From assembly GCF_009914755.1 (NCBI RefSeq), contig NC_060929.1: 64,000 nt of DNA; one strand, given 5' to 3'. The stretch comes from the human T2T-CHM13v2.0 reference genome, Homo sapiens. Below the pieces are notes generated by a model. It was not told the origin of the DNA and ran no database searches. It saw only the letters and a program-made list of their open reading frames with translations. Positions 14,066-30,347 of this stretch are shown here, one piece after another. The stretch's first letter is position 1, and every line of letters begins with the position of its first letter. Both the position numbers and the translations under genes were made by a program.

Positions 14066-15150
14066 GTCTGAGACAGTCAATCAGCTGAGGACACACCATA
14101 AGAGAATAATGGAACCAAAAGATGAATTTAACCTGGAGCAATGCAGAATCAATTATATTAATTATATTTGGATCATTGTTTTCTGATAGGTAAAAATGTA
14201 AAGAGTAGCTGGATATACCCATTTCTCTCATATATAGATCCATAGCAGCATTCTCAAAAGACCATTTTACTGATTTCACATTGAATCAAAGTATAATGCA
14301 TGTAATTTATACAATATGATACAAAACATTACATAATACAAAACAGTGTGTGCGTGTGTGTGTGTGAGGTGATTATACCTACACATTATTGATTTTGCTG
14401 CTAAAATTAGGCAGAATGGATAAGCAATAAATTGAGGAGTTTGTGTCTTATTATTTGATAATACTCCATATTAAAGGAAAGACAAAATGAAATAATTACA
14501 GGAAAAGGGAAGTAACCTCTTTCAAAATAGCTTGTCAAAATAAAAGGGAAACTGAGCAACACTATTTGAATTTTTGCATTTCAGTAGAGGTAAACAAAGC
14601 CTTTTGTACTCTATCAGATATTGCTTTCTTATAATCTATTTAAAGTATTCTGGTACATAGAGACAAAACAATTTTAGTTAAGATCTTAAAGTGAATTTAT
14701 TGCTTTGGGTCACAAGAGACTGGGAGAAGAACTTAAACTTTAATACTCTATCATATTTTTCTCTGACCTTCACGAAGAAAATGAAGGTGAAATACAGTTC
14801 AGATTTTTTCATCAAAATTGAAAAGGAAAATATCCCTTTGCTCTCCAGAATAGCTTGAAAATCTGTAAAATAGATACAAGAAGTCAAGCAGAACTGGAAC
14901 CTAGTATTTCATTACACTAACCAATGCAAAGTCAAATTTTACTTAAGGATCAAAGGTAGAAGACATGCATGGCTGCTGTCTATGGATGATTAGTTGCTGA
15001 GGGCATTGAGGGTCTATTTAAGTTTGCTATGTGCGCATGGCCATGAAATGTTAGGAAAGTACATTTTTACCGTGATAGGATATACGTTGACTATTTTTTT
15101 CCCAAAAACATAAAAAGCATTCTTTGTATTTTTATCTTTACATAATACTT

Positions 15151-15232
15151 CATATATATATAATGAATTATATATATACACACACGTACACAATATATAC
15201 ATATGTATATGACCATATACATACGCCTATAG

Positions 15233-15260
<28 letters not shown>
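15151..15260. repeat. (TA)n/(CA)n low-complexity microsatellite
   Basis: Seen directly; pure (TA)n at about 15234-15260. Confidence 0.9.
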
Positions 15261-15265
<5 letters not shown>

Positions 15266-18200
15266 CATTATGTTTTACAATGCTGAAGCTTCAGGTTATT
15301 CTATGAATGAAAATATATATCACTAAAATAGATTCTGCTAACTAAATTACCAAAATACATAGGCAGCCTTGGTAGAAACCAACGTGACAAAGAGCTGGAG
15401 TGAGAGAATGGTGACCATTTGAAGACTGAGTATAGAAATAAGCTCAAATGGAATTTCCTATTGAATTTAGCAGTGGTTCATTGCTTCTGTTCGTGTATTG
15501 TTTATGTGAAACTGGAGCTAAATAAACCTATCCATGACCTGCATTATCTGCCAAATGGATTGAACATTTACTCTCTCTGCCTCAAAGGCTTGTCGTTTCA
15601 GTTTAGCCTTGCAGATGGCACATCCATTTCCCTGAAACAGAACCATGATGTAGGGGCTTGCCAATATTTCCTGTTAGTTAAAGTTCACCCTCAAAGTACA
15701 CATGACCATGTTTCACTTTCTCAGCCAATATTCCACAGCATCAATCTGACATCTCTCTGTTTTTCCGGTCACTCTAGAAAAATCTTTGTTATCAACCATT
15801 TCTCTTAATTGTACTACTGAGAAAATTATAGTGTCAAGAAACCTACCTCTATCTCTGAGAAATTGACTTTACCCAAAAACCTAAAGAATCATTGTGAATG
15901 TGTTTGGCAGTAAGTATGAGAGGAGAGCCGATTAGCATTTTTCTGAAATAGTTTATATGTTCAAATGACACATGAAAAAAGCAGCTTCTGCTCCATTTAA
16001 ATGCTTTTAGCTGGAATACTTCTATTATCTAACATAATTATATGACTTAAGACAGGCAAGTAAGTCATATTTCCATTAACGTCTTGAAACACTTGAAAGA
16101 ACATCTGGGTCTTGGTGATATTTTATTCTTTGTCATATGAGAAGATACTTTGTAAAAGAGAGAACAAGATTGCTTTTGTAAGTTGAGGAATAAATGTAGG
16201 TGATATAAGGTAACAAATTCATTACATCTATATGGCTCTTATTTTCAAAACTTCCAATTGCTGAAATTTTAAAAGTGAGATTTTTTATTTGTATATTAAA
16301 TTATTATAGTACAATTTCATGCTTACATCTTTATAATCAAATACTTATTACTACAATTAAGAAATGAAGTATCTTTTTCAACCTGTTTTATTGAGAGTCA
16401 CTTGATATTAATAAAGACTATGAAAGGTATTTAAATGTGAAATGGTTTAACATCAGAGTGCTAGATTGGGCCAGGGATGAGAGGTGACGGGGGAAGAAAA
16501 CAAGTATTAAAAGGAGAGTTTGAAGCAACACAATGAAACCTTATAATTCAGCCTAGATCATCTCTATTCTTAGGTGTAAGACCTACAAGATGACTATTTT
16601 TGCTACCTTACCACCTCTGTTTACTCTGACCAAGATTGGTTCTAAAGTCTGTGAGCCCGGATTTATTTTGAATTTTGGTTATAATGATGATACAAGCAAT
16701 GTCTGTGGATGTCATTTAAGGGAAAAAAGAAAAACAATTAAAATAGAAGAGGAAGTGAGAAAAATCTTACAAAGACACGTAGCTGATGACTGTATTAGAG
16801 TGCTGCCTTCAATTTGCTCAAGTGTAAAATGCAGTGCAGTATTTTGTATATCCCACTAAGCTCATTGACCCAGTATTCAAATGCCTTGTGTTTGCCCTAG
16901 GTTATAGCTCAGATTTTGTTGGTGCTTTGCTTATTTAACTTATATAACAAAAGAGAAAATTTTAATATTCTCTGGTAATTTATTTTATCCCCCAGTAATA
17001 AAATTCATTTGTGCCTTTACATAACTTTTCCTGAAATGAATTCTAATTTTTGGAATATTTAAATGTTTTTAATAGTGAAAAAAGTGTGCTTTTTGATGCT
17101 CCCAAGTGACTAATATTCAAGTCCTCATTTTCATAAAAAAATTTATTAAATTTGATTACTTTTTATGGAGACAACCAGCACATATTAATTTCAAATAATT
17201 ATTTTTGTATTTCCATTTCTCACTGTTTAAATCTAATTTTTAAGTTGATCTTGGGAAATAGGAGATAGACTAAAACTTATTTTGAAAGAAAATTGATGCC
17301 CCTGCAGGCAGTCTGTGATACATCTGCTGATTTTTTTATACAAGTATACAAATATGGCCAAAGATGACATACAGATACAAGTTACACTGTTAGCCACAAG
17401 GTTAAGAGGATTCTAAACAGTTAGGCAGAGAATCATAATCTATTTATTTACTTGCTTGACTTCAGCATTGTTCTTAATATCTATAAATAATGGCAAAGGT
17501 ATTTTTGTGGTCTAATTATTTCACATCTTTCTGTTTCTGTGAAGAAGTGAAATCCATTTTGAGTACTGTACTGTAGGACTCATTACCAGAGGCTCTTCTG
17601 GGAGTCCAGTGCTTTCACGACACTAAAGGCTATTGAAGTCACTGGCTATGTGGCTCCTCTCCTGAGAGCTCAGCTTTCCAGCCTATACACCCTGGAGGCT
17701 GCTCACACAGCCCAGAGATCACTTGGTTTTGTCAGTTACAGAAAGGGGATACTAGGAATTCAATTTCACTGGTAGAAATGTTACCTACTAGCTTGTATTG
17801 TTTATTTTGTATTTAGTTTTTATCTTATAATAAATTCCAACTTAATGAGAGGCAGTGCAATAGAATACAAAGTAATAAATTCACTATTTGCAGTCCATAA
17901 GTGAAGGACATGTCTGTATTAAAGGCAGCCACTTGCTCACAGCCACCATTCAGGGTTTCTTCTGAGAGCAGCCCACATCATCTACTTTCTTTCCTCTCAA
18001 GTTTGGTGTACTTGGATTTACAGTGTAGAAGGCATAATAAAATATTCTAATTTTTTATTCATTTCCATTCATACCTACAATCTATCATGGCTATTCTCTT
18101 TGGCTGAAGAGTATTTTACAGATTATTCATGGAGATATCATTAAAAGAGGCATTGCTCATAGGATGTGTTATATCAATATCCTCTTTTAAACGAAGAACA

Positions 18201-18442
18201 CTTCCATTCAAATAAAGAGAAAATTGCAGATAAGCTGTTAAAATCATAACTTGCCTTTGATCCATCAAAGAATTGATGTTAAAAATCAACCAAGTAAACA
18301 GAATTTCAAATAGTGACAAGCCTCTCTTAGGTGAGACGGTACATTTAGCAGAGTACAAGGAAAAGAGGTGGCCTCCATTGAAGCATGTGAAAAGAAATCA
18401 GCTTAAATAATTGTGAATTCCTAAAGGCCAAATGTGGGCAAG

Positions 18443-18914
18443 TGTACTAGTTTCCTAAGGCTATTGTAATAATATACTATACAATGAGTGGCTTAAAACG
18501 TAAAACTTTTTTTCTTGAGTTCTGGGGATCTGAAGTGTGAAATCAAGGCATCAGCAGGGTTGGTTTCATGAGGGTCTGAGGAGGAATGTTCTATGTCTCT
18601 CTCCTAACTTCTGGTAGGTTCCAGGCATTTCTTGACTCTAACTGCACTATTCCAAGCTTTGTCTCTGTCTTCAGTTACTTTCTCTGTGTGTTCATGTCTT
18701 CTTTTCTTTTGTCCATCCTAAATTCTTTCAGCATTTCTCTTACAAGGACATCTGTCTTAAAGACCCATTCAGAAAATCTAAGATGATCTTCATATAAATA
18801 CTCATAACTTATTTATATCTGCTAAAACCCCTTTTTCTAAATAATGTCACATTCACAGGTCCTGGAAGTTAGGATTTGGATATGTTTTCAGCCACCACCA
18901 TTCAACCCATTACA
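18443..18914 (-). mobile_element. Solo MLT1B/C LTR
   Basis: tgtactagtttcctaagggct...gtcacattcacaggtcctgg...ttcaacccattaca; TSD gcaag/gcaaa. Confidence 0.85.
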
Positions 18915-19824
18915 GCAAATATTAATATATCTGTTTAGAGTAACTGAAAGCCCAGATACAAGAAGATACTACAATTGCTTGTAAGTTTTTTTAAACAAAC
19001 CTCAGTGAGATGTTCTCAAGAGAGACTGGGAGCAAGGTAAGTAACTGTAGACAGATCACTTCATCTATAGGTGAATGAGGCAAACAGATGGTCATTGGCT
19101 GCCACTGCAGAAGAGTCAGGAAACTCTGATTCTCCTGCCCGAAATCTTTCACATGAAACAAAACCCTTAAGCCACTGGGAAAGGAGCATCAAACATTTTC
19201 ATACACACACTGGGAAGAGATCCATTAATTTGGAAAAACAAGTTGAAGCAAAATTTATCTGATTCTTGAGCCCATGATTCTGCATCAATATAAAAAACTA
19301 GGTAGTGGCAGTTTACAGTAGAAGAGTTTAAAACTTATAGTTTACTGAAAATAATGAGAGCAACAACAAAACCAAATCTAGCTCCACTATTGAATAGATT
19401 GAATCAATCTCCCAATGATATCAGCCTGGCAGAAGGGTAATATCCTTTTGCAAATGTAAGCAGAGAGAAATGTCACATTGCATTAAAAATATGAAATATA
19501 TTCTACATCAGATTTCTATCAGAAACTGTACCAGCCAAGAAAATGAAGTGTGATTTCTTCAAAGTAGTGAAAAAAAAATTGTCAACCTAGAATACTGTGA
19601 TTTTTTTTTTCAAATATGAGGTCTAAATACAGACTTTTTAAAAAAGAAAAACAAATGCTGAAATAATTTCTTTACAGCTGTCTTCCCAAAATGAAATTTT
19701 AAAAGAAGTGCTGCAAGTAAGTTTACTCTCACTATGGCTATTCAGCATCACAGTGAAGGAGCTAGTCATTGCAATAAAGCAAGATAAAGAAATTTTCATG
19801 TATACTGGAAACACAGAAATAGTC

Positions 19825-20590
19825 TTTTTAAAATTTCTTCTACAAAAAAAAATGGGATACATGTGCAGAATGTGCAGCTTTGTTGCATAGGTATACACGT
19901 GCCATGGTAGTTTGCTGCACCTATTGACCCATCCTCTAAGTTCCCTCTCCTCACCCCCCGCCCCCCCAACAGTCCCTGGTGTGTGTTGTTTCTCTCTGTG
20001 TGTCCATGTGTTTTAATTGTTCAATTCCCACTTACAAGTGAGAACATGTGGTATTTGGTTTTCTGTTCCTGTGTTGGTTTGCTAAAGATGATGGCTTCCA
20101 GGTTTTTCCATGTCCCTGCAAAGGACATGGTCTCATTCCTTTTTATGGCTGCCTAGCATTCCATGGTATATATGTGCCACATTTTCTTTATCTGGTCTAT
20201 GATTGATGGGCATTTGGATTGGTTTCATGTCTTTGCTATTGTAAGTAGTGCTGCAATAAATATATGTGTGCATGTGTCTTTACAGTAGAATAATTTATAT
20301 TCCTTTGGGTATATACCCAGTAATGGGATTGCTGGGTCAAATGGTATTTCTGGTTCTAGATCATTAGGGAATCACCATACTGTCTTCCACAGTAGTTGAA
20401 CTAATTTACTTTCCCACCAACAGTGTGAAAGTGTTCCTATTTCTCCACAGCCTCACTAGTATCTTTTGTTTCCTGACTTTTCAATAATCGCCATTCTAAC
20501 TGGCATGAGATGGTATCTCATTGTGGTTTTGATTTGCATTTCTTTGATATTCATTCATGTTGAGCTTTTTCTCATATGTTTGTTGGCTGC
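19825..20590 (-). mobile_element. 5'-truncated L1PA8-like 3' end
   Basis: gctgcacctattgacccatcctctaagttccct diagnostic 3'UTR; approximate TSD cagaaat(a)gtctt. Confidence 0.88.
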
Positions 20591-21177
20591 AGAAATGTCT
20601 TATTTTGTATGTTATAGGTATATGTTAGTTTATATGAAATGTACCAAAGTATTTATTTGAGAGTTCTAGAATTAGAATAAGCTAGCATGATTGGAGGGTA
20701 CAAATGGAAAATTTAAAAAAATAAATTTTATTCCTATAGGTTAACAATCAATGATAGCAAATTCATATTTTAAAATAATGCCATCAATAATGGCATCAAT
20801 AAATATGTAATACTTAGAGAAAAATCTAACATATCGTATGCAGAATGTGTATGTTGAAAACGAGAAAATATTGATGAGACAGTGAAGCAGACCTACAAAA
20901 ATGGAGACATATATAGAGGTAGATATTGTGTTTATGGATTAGAAGACTCAATTTCACTTAAGAAGCCAACTTCCTATATTTATGTAGAGATTCAATACCT
21001 TCCAAACCCCAAATCAGCAGACTATTTTTGTTTGTGTAGAATTTCAGAAATTAATTCTAAATGTATATGAAAAGCAAAGGAGCTGTATGGACAAATAAAG
21101 TGTGAAAATGAACATATTTGGAAGATACATACTTTTTAAATTCAGAGTTTGAAAAGCTTCAATAATCAAAATATGTG

Positions 21178-21555
<378 letters not shown>

Positions 21556-24500
21556 TCAATTGTTTTTTGACAAGTTGCCAATGTAGTTCAAGAAGGAAGT
21601 ATAATATTTTCAATAAATAATTTCTGAAAACTAGATATATATTTTCAAAAAAAGAACACTGATTCATAGTCATGTGTTATATAAAAAATTAACTGAAAAT
21701 ATATTATACATCTAAGCAAAATATATTATGGAATCTAAAGCTATAAAACTTATGTAAAGAAATATATGAGAAAATCTTTGCAACCCTTGATTAGCCGAAG
21801 ATTTCTCAGATAGGTCACTAAAGTGAAACATAAAGGAAATTGTAATGCCAATTTGTACTTCAACAAAATTCTGACCTTCCATACTTTCAGAAGGATTGTT
21901 AAGAAAATGAATATAACAGTAAAATACTCAGGGAAATATTTTAAAACAAGTTTTAATATTGGAGACTTGTATTCATAATACAAATAAAATGATCACAACT
22001 AAGTAATAATTAGAGAAATGCCCCATTTTTAAAAATGAGCAGAGGACTTGAACACACACATTTTATAAGATGAGAAACAGATGGAAAACTAACATATAAA
22101 AAAGTTATTCTACATCACTTGTTACTAGAAAAATGTAAACACAAGTATATGCCATGCACATATACTAGAATGACTTAAGAATTCAGACAAAAAGGGCTGG
22201 TGAGAATTCAAAGCAATGGAAACTTTTGCTCATTGCTTTTGAAAATGAAAAATGTTTTGGAAGATAATTTGTGTATTTTTAATCAATCTAAACATATCTA
22301 GTGATTTTATTTATTTTTTATTAATATTATCTTTGACGGACAAATTATAATTATTTACATTTATGTGCTAAAATGTGATGTTTTGATATACGTATACAAT
22401 GGGGAATGATTAGATCAAGGTAATTAAAATATTCATGACCTTATTTGCCTATCTTTTTTATGGCAAAACATTTAAAATTTACTCTTTTAGTATTTTGAAA
22501 TATAAAGTCCATTATTATTGACAATAGTCACCTTGCTGTGCAATAGATCTCAAATTGCATTCCTTGTGTCTATCTGAAACTTTGTACCCTTTGATCAACA
22601 ACTCCCCATTTCCTCCCTCTCCACTCTCCAGCCTCTAGTAGCCATAATCCTACTTTCTACTTCTATGAGTGCAACTTTTGTAGATTCCACTAAAAATGAG
22701 ATTATGTGGTATTTGCCTTTCTGTGCCTGGCATATTTCACTAGTTCTTATTTACATAATATCCTCTAGTTCCATCTATGTTGTTGCAAATGACAGGATTT
22801 CTTTCTTTTTTGAGATTGAATAGTATTCCTTTGCATATATATATATACCAGTTTTTAAATCTATTCAGTCATCGATAGACACAGGTTGAATCCATACCTG
22901 ACTTCTGTGCTCCCAAAAAATGGGAGCACAAAAAGCATTTTGATGTATTGATTTCAATTCCTTTGGTTATATATCCAAAAGTGGGATTCCTAGATCACAC
23001 TGTAGTTCTATTTTTAGCTTTCTGACGGTCCTCCATATAATTTTCTTTATGGCAGTACTCCCATTTACATCCCCACCAATGACATACAAGTGTTCCCTTT
23101 TTCCTCACCAACACTTGCTCTTTTATTTTATGGTAAAAGACATTGCAACAGGTATAAAATAGTATCTCATTGTGGATTTAATTTGCATTTCCCTGGTAAT
23201 TAGTGATTTGAGCTTTTTTTTTCATTTTTATGTATCTGTTGGTCATTTGTGTATCTTCTTTTGAAAAATGTCTGTTCAGGTACTTTGCCCATGTCTTCAT
23301 CTGACAAATTTGTTCCTTTTGCTCAAAATGGACTTGGCTATTGACTTTTTTTGTGTGGTTTTCTAATAAATTTAAGGTTTTTTTTTGTTTCTCTGATAAA
23401 TAACATTGGAATTTTGATAGGGGTTGCATTGAATCTGTAGTTCACTTTGAGTAGTACAGAAATTTTCACAATATTAATTCTTCCAAACCATAAGCATAAA
23501 ATATCTTTCAACTTATTTGTGTGTTTTTTCTAATTTTTTTCATTAATGTTTTATGATTTTAAATATACAAATTATTTACCTCCTTGGTTAAATTTATTTT
23601 TACATATTACATTGTTGATGTTGCTTTGGTAAATAGGATTTAATTTCTTTTTTGGATAGTTTGTTTTAATAAATACAACTACTAATTTATGTATGTTGAT
23701 TTTATATCCTTCAACTTAACTGAATTTATCAGTTCTGTTTTTTGTTAAAGTCTTTATAGGTTTCTATATGTAAAATCATGTCAGTAGCAAATAGAGATGA
23801 TTTCATTCCTCCTTTTCTTAGTAGAATGACTTTCATTTCTTTTTCTTGCCTAATTGCTCTGGCTAGGACTTCCAGTACTGTGTTAAAAAGACACGGTGAG
23901 AATAGGTGTCCTCACCTTGGCGTTTATTTTAGGAGAAAAGCTTTCAACTTTTTTATTGTTGAGAATGATGTTAACTATGTGTTTGTCATATGCAGATTCT
24001 GTTGTGTTAAGGTACATTTCCTCTATACCTAATCTGTTAAGAGTAGTTATATTTATTATGTGGTCTATCACATTTACTGATTTGCATATGTTGAATCATC
24101 CTTACATCCCAAGGACAAATCCACTTGATCGTGGTGAATTGAATGATTTTTTACTGCATTGTTGAATTTGGTTACTAATATTTTGTTGAGGATTTTAGTA
24201 TCTGTGTTCATCAGCGATGTTGCCTTGTAATTTTCTTGTATTCTTGTCTAGCTCTGGTATGAAGGTAATGCTGGCCTCCTAAAACGTGTTTGGAAGTGTT
24301 CTCTTCACTTTAATTTTTTGGAAGTATTGAGAAGAAATGGTATTAGTACTTCTTTAAATGTTTGGCAGAATTCAGCAGTGAAGTCTTCAGCTACTGGGCT
24401 TTTTTTTTTTTTTTTAAGGAGACTTCTTTTACTGATTCAATTTCCTTAATCATATTCAGTTCAGATTTCTGTTTTTTTTTTTTCCTGATTCAGTCTTGGT

Positions 24501-25792
24501 GGGTTGTATATGCCTAGAAATTTATTCATATATTCTACATCATCCAATTTGTTGGCATGTAATTTTTCAAAGCAGTTTCTTATAATCCTTTGTATTTCTG
24601 TGGTATCAATTGTAATATCTTCTCTTTCCTTTCTAATTATGTTATTTTGAGCCTTCTCTCTTTTTTCCCTAGTCTGGCTAAAGGTTTGTCAATTTTGCTT
24701 GTCTTTTAAAAAAACCAGCTCTTAATTTTATTGATTTTTGTTTGTTTTTCTAGTCTATTTCATTTGTTGATGCTCTGATCTTCGTTATTTTCTTTCTTCT
24801 GCTAACTTTGGGCTTAGCTTGTTCTTGTTTGTCTAGTTCCTTGAGCTATAACATCAGATTGAGATTTTTCTCTTTTTAAAGAAAATATAGCATTTATCAC
24901 CATACATTTTCCTCTTATGACTGCTTCTATTACATCTCATAAGTTTTGGTAGATGTGTTTCCATTTTCCCTTGTCTCAAGGCATTTTTATTTTTTAAAAA
25001 ATTTCTTCGGAGCCCATTTTCTAGGACTGTGTTGTTTAATTTCTATATATTTGTGTATTTGCCAAGATTTCTCTGGTTATTGATTTTTAGTCTCATGCCA
25101 TTGTGAGTCAAAATGTTACCTGATGTAACTTCAGTCTTTAAGTTTGTTAAGATTTGTTGTGTAGCCTAACTTATGATCTATTCTGGATAATGTTCTGTTC
25201 ATACTTGAGAAGAATGTGCTGCTATTGGATGGAATGTTTTGTAAATGTCTGTTGGGTTCATTTGGTCTAGAATGTAATTCAGGTCCAATATTTCTCTATT
25301 AATTATCTATCTAGATGGTCTGTCTATTGTTCAAAGTGGAGTGCTGAGGTCCTCTACTATTGGAGGGTTATAGTCTATATATCTTCTCAGATTATTTAAT
25401 AATTGCTTCATGTATATAGGTATTTTAATTTTGTTGTACATATATATTTATAATTATGTCCTCTTGAGAACTAATCCCTTTATCATTATATAATAAACTT
25501 CTTTGCCTCTTTTATATAATTTTCGACTTAAAATCCATTTTGTCTGATACAAGTATAGCTACTCCTGCTCTATTTTGGTGTCCATTCGCGTGAAATACCT
25601 TTTCAGTCCTTTCACATTCAGTCTTTAGGAAGAATATCGTTGAATCATATTCTTTTGTTGTAGTTGCTGTTGTTGTTTTGCATCCATTCAGCCAGTCTAT
25701 GTCTTTTTATTGAGTCATTTCATCCATTTATAGTAAAGGTAGTTACTAATAAATAAAGATTTGATACTGCCATTTTATGATCTGTGTTCTGA

Positions 25793-26295
<503 letters not shown>

Positions 26296-26466
26296 TGATA
26301 ACAATTTTCATCACATACAAAAACTACACTTTCACTTTCTCCCACCTTTTAAAATTTTGGTGTCAATGTTTACGTTTGCATAACTTATATCCCTTAACAG
26401 TTGATTGTAGATACAGTTGTTTTGGCTTTAATAGTTTTGTTTTAATAGTTTTGATTTTTAGCCCTC

Positions 26467-26883
26467 TGTCTCAGTCCATTTTGTGTTGCTATAAAGGAAT
26501 ACCTGAGGCTAGGAAATTTCTAAAGAAAAAGGGTTTATTCGTATCATGGTTTTGCAGGCTGTACAAAAGCATTGCACCAGAATCTGCTTTGAGGAGGGCT
26601 TCACAAAGACTCCACTTGTGGCAGAAGGCAAGAGGGAGCAGCCATTATATGGAGAGAAGAAGGAGGAAACAGAGGGGAGGAAGGTACCAGGCTCTTTTCA
26701 ATAATCAGATCTCTTGGAAACTAATAGAGTGAGATCTCATTTATTACCACAAGGACAGCACCAACCCTTTAATGAGAAATCCACGCCCCATGACCCAAAT
26801 ACCTCCCACCCAGCCCCATCTCCAACACTGGGGATCAAATTTCAACATGAAATTTGGAGATAACAAATATCCAAGTAATATAA
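26467..26883 (-). mobile_element. Solo MSTB-like LTR
   Basis: tgtctcagtccattttgtgttgctataaaggaatacctgagg...ggggatcaaatttcaacatga; TSD ccctc/ccctt. Confidence 0.88.
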
Positions 26884-29504
26884 CCCTTATAGTGGGAATA
26901 ATATTGCTTTACACACTATATTTACAGTGTGAGAATTCTGAATATGACTAAACATTACTTGTACCATTGAATTTTTTCCTTTTTCTTCAGAATTAGTTAC
27001 AGGATTTTCTTTCAGCTTAAATAATTTCCATTAGAAATTTCTATAAAGTAGCTCTAGGGATAATTACCCTTAGTTTTTTTGGGGGGTGGGTGGGGAAAGT
27101 ATTTATTTATACCTCATTTCTGAATTATAGCTTTGCTGGTAAAATAGTCTTTGTTGACAGTCTTTCCTTCAGCACTTTGAATATATCATCCCATATCTCC
27201 TGGACTGCAGGGTTTCTGCTAAGAAATTCACTGAATGTCATACTGGGTCTTCATTGAATGGAATATATTTATTTTCTCTTGCTGCTTTTGTGTTCTTTCT
27301 TCGTCTTTGATTTTTCATAATATGATTATGTGTCTTGGTGAGCTCCTTTTTGGGCTGAATTTATCTGACATCCTTTGAACTTCCTTGACCTGGATGTTGT
27401 TGTCTTATCTCCAATCTGCAAAATTTTCAGCCATTATTTTATTAAATACATTTTCTTGGCCTTTTAATTTATCTTTTCTTTTGAAACTCCTGTTATGTCA
27501 AAGTTGTTTTGCTTGATGGTGTCCCATAATTTGCATAGACCTTTATTTTTTTCCTTTCTATTTATTTATTTTTTGCTCCTCTAATTGAATAATTTCTAAT
27601 GTAATATGTTTGAGTTTATTTATTTTCTTTTGCATGATCAACTCTGCCTTTGAAGTTTACTATTGAATTTTCTAGTTCAGTTATTGTATTCTTTATCTCT
27701 AGGATCTCTAATTGTGTTTTTTAATTGTTTTTATTTCTTTGTAAAAATTATTTTAGTCCTAAATTGTAATCAAAAATTTATTTAATTTTGTATCTGTATT
27801 TTTATTTGAGTTCTCTGAACTTCTTTGAGTATTATTCTGAATTATTTGTCCATCATTTCATAGATCTCCATTTCTTCTGTCTATTATTGGAGCTTTATTA
27901 GTATCTTTTGGTGTGTCATATTTTCGTAATTCTTCTTAAGCCTTGTGTCTTTGCATTGATGCCGTCACATTTGAGGAAATGGCCATTATTTCTGGCCTTT
28001 GCAGGTATTCTTTGGTGGTGATATATCTGTACTATTTAGTTTATCCTGATGTTATGGATGAGCCTACTGGAAGCAACTGTACACAGGTAGACCTTGGTGC
28101 CAGGTTGTCTAGTTGGGATTGGTTGCTTCCTGTCTGATGTTAAATGGTACTGCATACTGTGTTCCTTTGTTCCAGTGAGACCACTCACTGGACTCTGTCA
28201 TCAGATAATTCTGTTGGCTGGACTCTGTAACTTATTCTAATTGGACAGGGTTGTAGGTTATCTTTTCTGGTAGGACAGTACCGTTGCTTGGCATGTGTAG
28301 CTGGGCAGGGCCACTTGATGGGCTCTCAGACTTGGTGAGGTTTCTGGAATTGCTATGTGACCTCACAGAGTGAGCAGGACCAGAGGCTTTACTCCAGATA
28401 TGTGTGGACTTGGGCTTGCATCCCAGCCTAGGGTAGGCTTAAGCAGAGCACCAAGACTTCGCCGACTAGCCACTGGGGGTGGGTGGAACCATATGCTCCC
28501 TCTGAAGGGAATCATTGACTTGCAGTTGCCACTAGGATGGGGGAAGACCTTTAAGCATGGCTTTTCTCATTATATGGTCAAAAAGGGTGTCAGCCTCACT
28601 CTCAAGTTCTGGGATATTCACAAAGGTATTCTTGCTTATCGATAATTTCTAGATGGGATTTGGTGGGAAAGAGTAGAGCTAGAAAAATTCTATTTTGACA
28701 TTCTTGCTGACATCACCCCTCAACCTATTTATGTAAACACATTGTGCTTTGCCATCTCCTGTTCTCTTAAATAATGTGTGTGTGCTATAAATGTATAGCT
28801 TATATTTGTGAAATTACAGTAAAGCATAAAGTTTAAAACAACCTAAAGGCATGTCATATAAAGAAGTGATTTTAATTCCCATAGACCAATTATCATTTTT
28901 TTTATAAATAGGGATCACTCAAATTTTTATCAAAGTTTTTAAGAAAATTACACTATTAGTGTATTTATGTCATTTAATATTGCAACAGTCATGCAGAACT
29001 ATTGGACGAAAGTCATCAACAATTACAGGTTATCCATTAGGCTCTCTCTGGGACATGGCTCTAAATCATGCCTTCAATAACTCTTAGTAATGAAGCATGA
29101 ATCTTCTAATAGCTAAATATAAGGCTTTAGTCATTTTTGTGTTATTTTTCTCACCTAATTTTATGAGCAACCACATTTGTCCTTTTCTATTTTGATTTTG
29201 CTTTCTTTGTTTTGTTCAATATTATTTTCTTCTTTCTATCTCTACATTTAATGCTGCATTTGTAGGATTCCTCATATAAGCTAGGATTACTGAAATAATG
29301 TCCAACTGTTGACTTCATATCTGTCAATACTTTAGCTACTTTTATGTATTATGGTGTTACCAGATCAATCTTTCTTAAGCACAGTGCTAATCGTGTTCAT
29401 TGCCTAATTCATTAGTTATATATTTCACAATCTTAATTTTTCAAGATTTTAAATGAACCGGTACAACACACCTTCCCCACATTATAGCTGGCTACACGTT
29501 TTTA

Positions 29505-29755
29505 AATTTTTTATTTTTTAAAAATTTTTGAACTTTTAAGTTCAGGGGTACATGTGCAAAATGTGCAGGTTTGTTACATAGGTAAACATGTGCCATGGTG
29601 GTTTGCTGCACAGATCATCCCATCACCTAGGTTTCAAGCCCAACATCCATTAGCTATTCTTCCTGATGCTCTTCTGCCTTTCATCCCCCACCCTCCAACA
29701 GGCCCCAATGTGCGTTGCTCCTCCCATGCGGCCATGCATTCTCATTATTCAGCTC
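29505..29755 (-). mobile_element. Short L1PA10/11-like 3' end
   Basis: cagatcatcccatcacctagg..catccattagctattcttcctgatgctc. Confidence 0.85.
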
Positions 29756-30047
29756 TTTTAAAATATTGATGTAATCTATACAAGTTGAAGTCAATGTATT
29801 TCACTAACGGTGTCTCAAATTTTCCAGCCTCTAAATTTTTGCTAATATACATATTTTTTTTTTGTTAAATGCCTTTCCTCTCATACATGTTTACCTATAA
29901 AAATCCTATTCATTGTTCAAAAAGTATTTCTACCACGACTTACCTCATCATATACACTTTGTTCTTTGCAATGCAATTTGAATTCAGCCTTGTATTCAGT
30001 TCTCTATATGCTTTTCAATGGCCCTAAAAGTGAATATTCCCCCTTAA

Positions 30048-30347
<300 letters not shown>

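Noticed and set aside
15419-15808. 129-aa ORF in non-repeat sequence
   Set aside because: Starts at TTG, has no recognisable domain and no clear splice context; compatible with chance.
17580-17760. GC-richer unique patch, and another at 48640-48920, as a possible exon or enhancer
   Set aside because: No motif or ORF evidence; it would need conservation or expression data.
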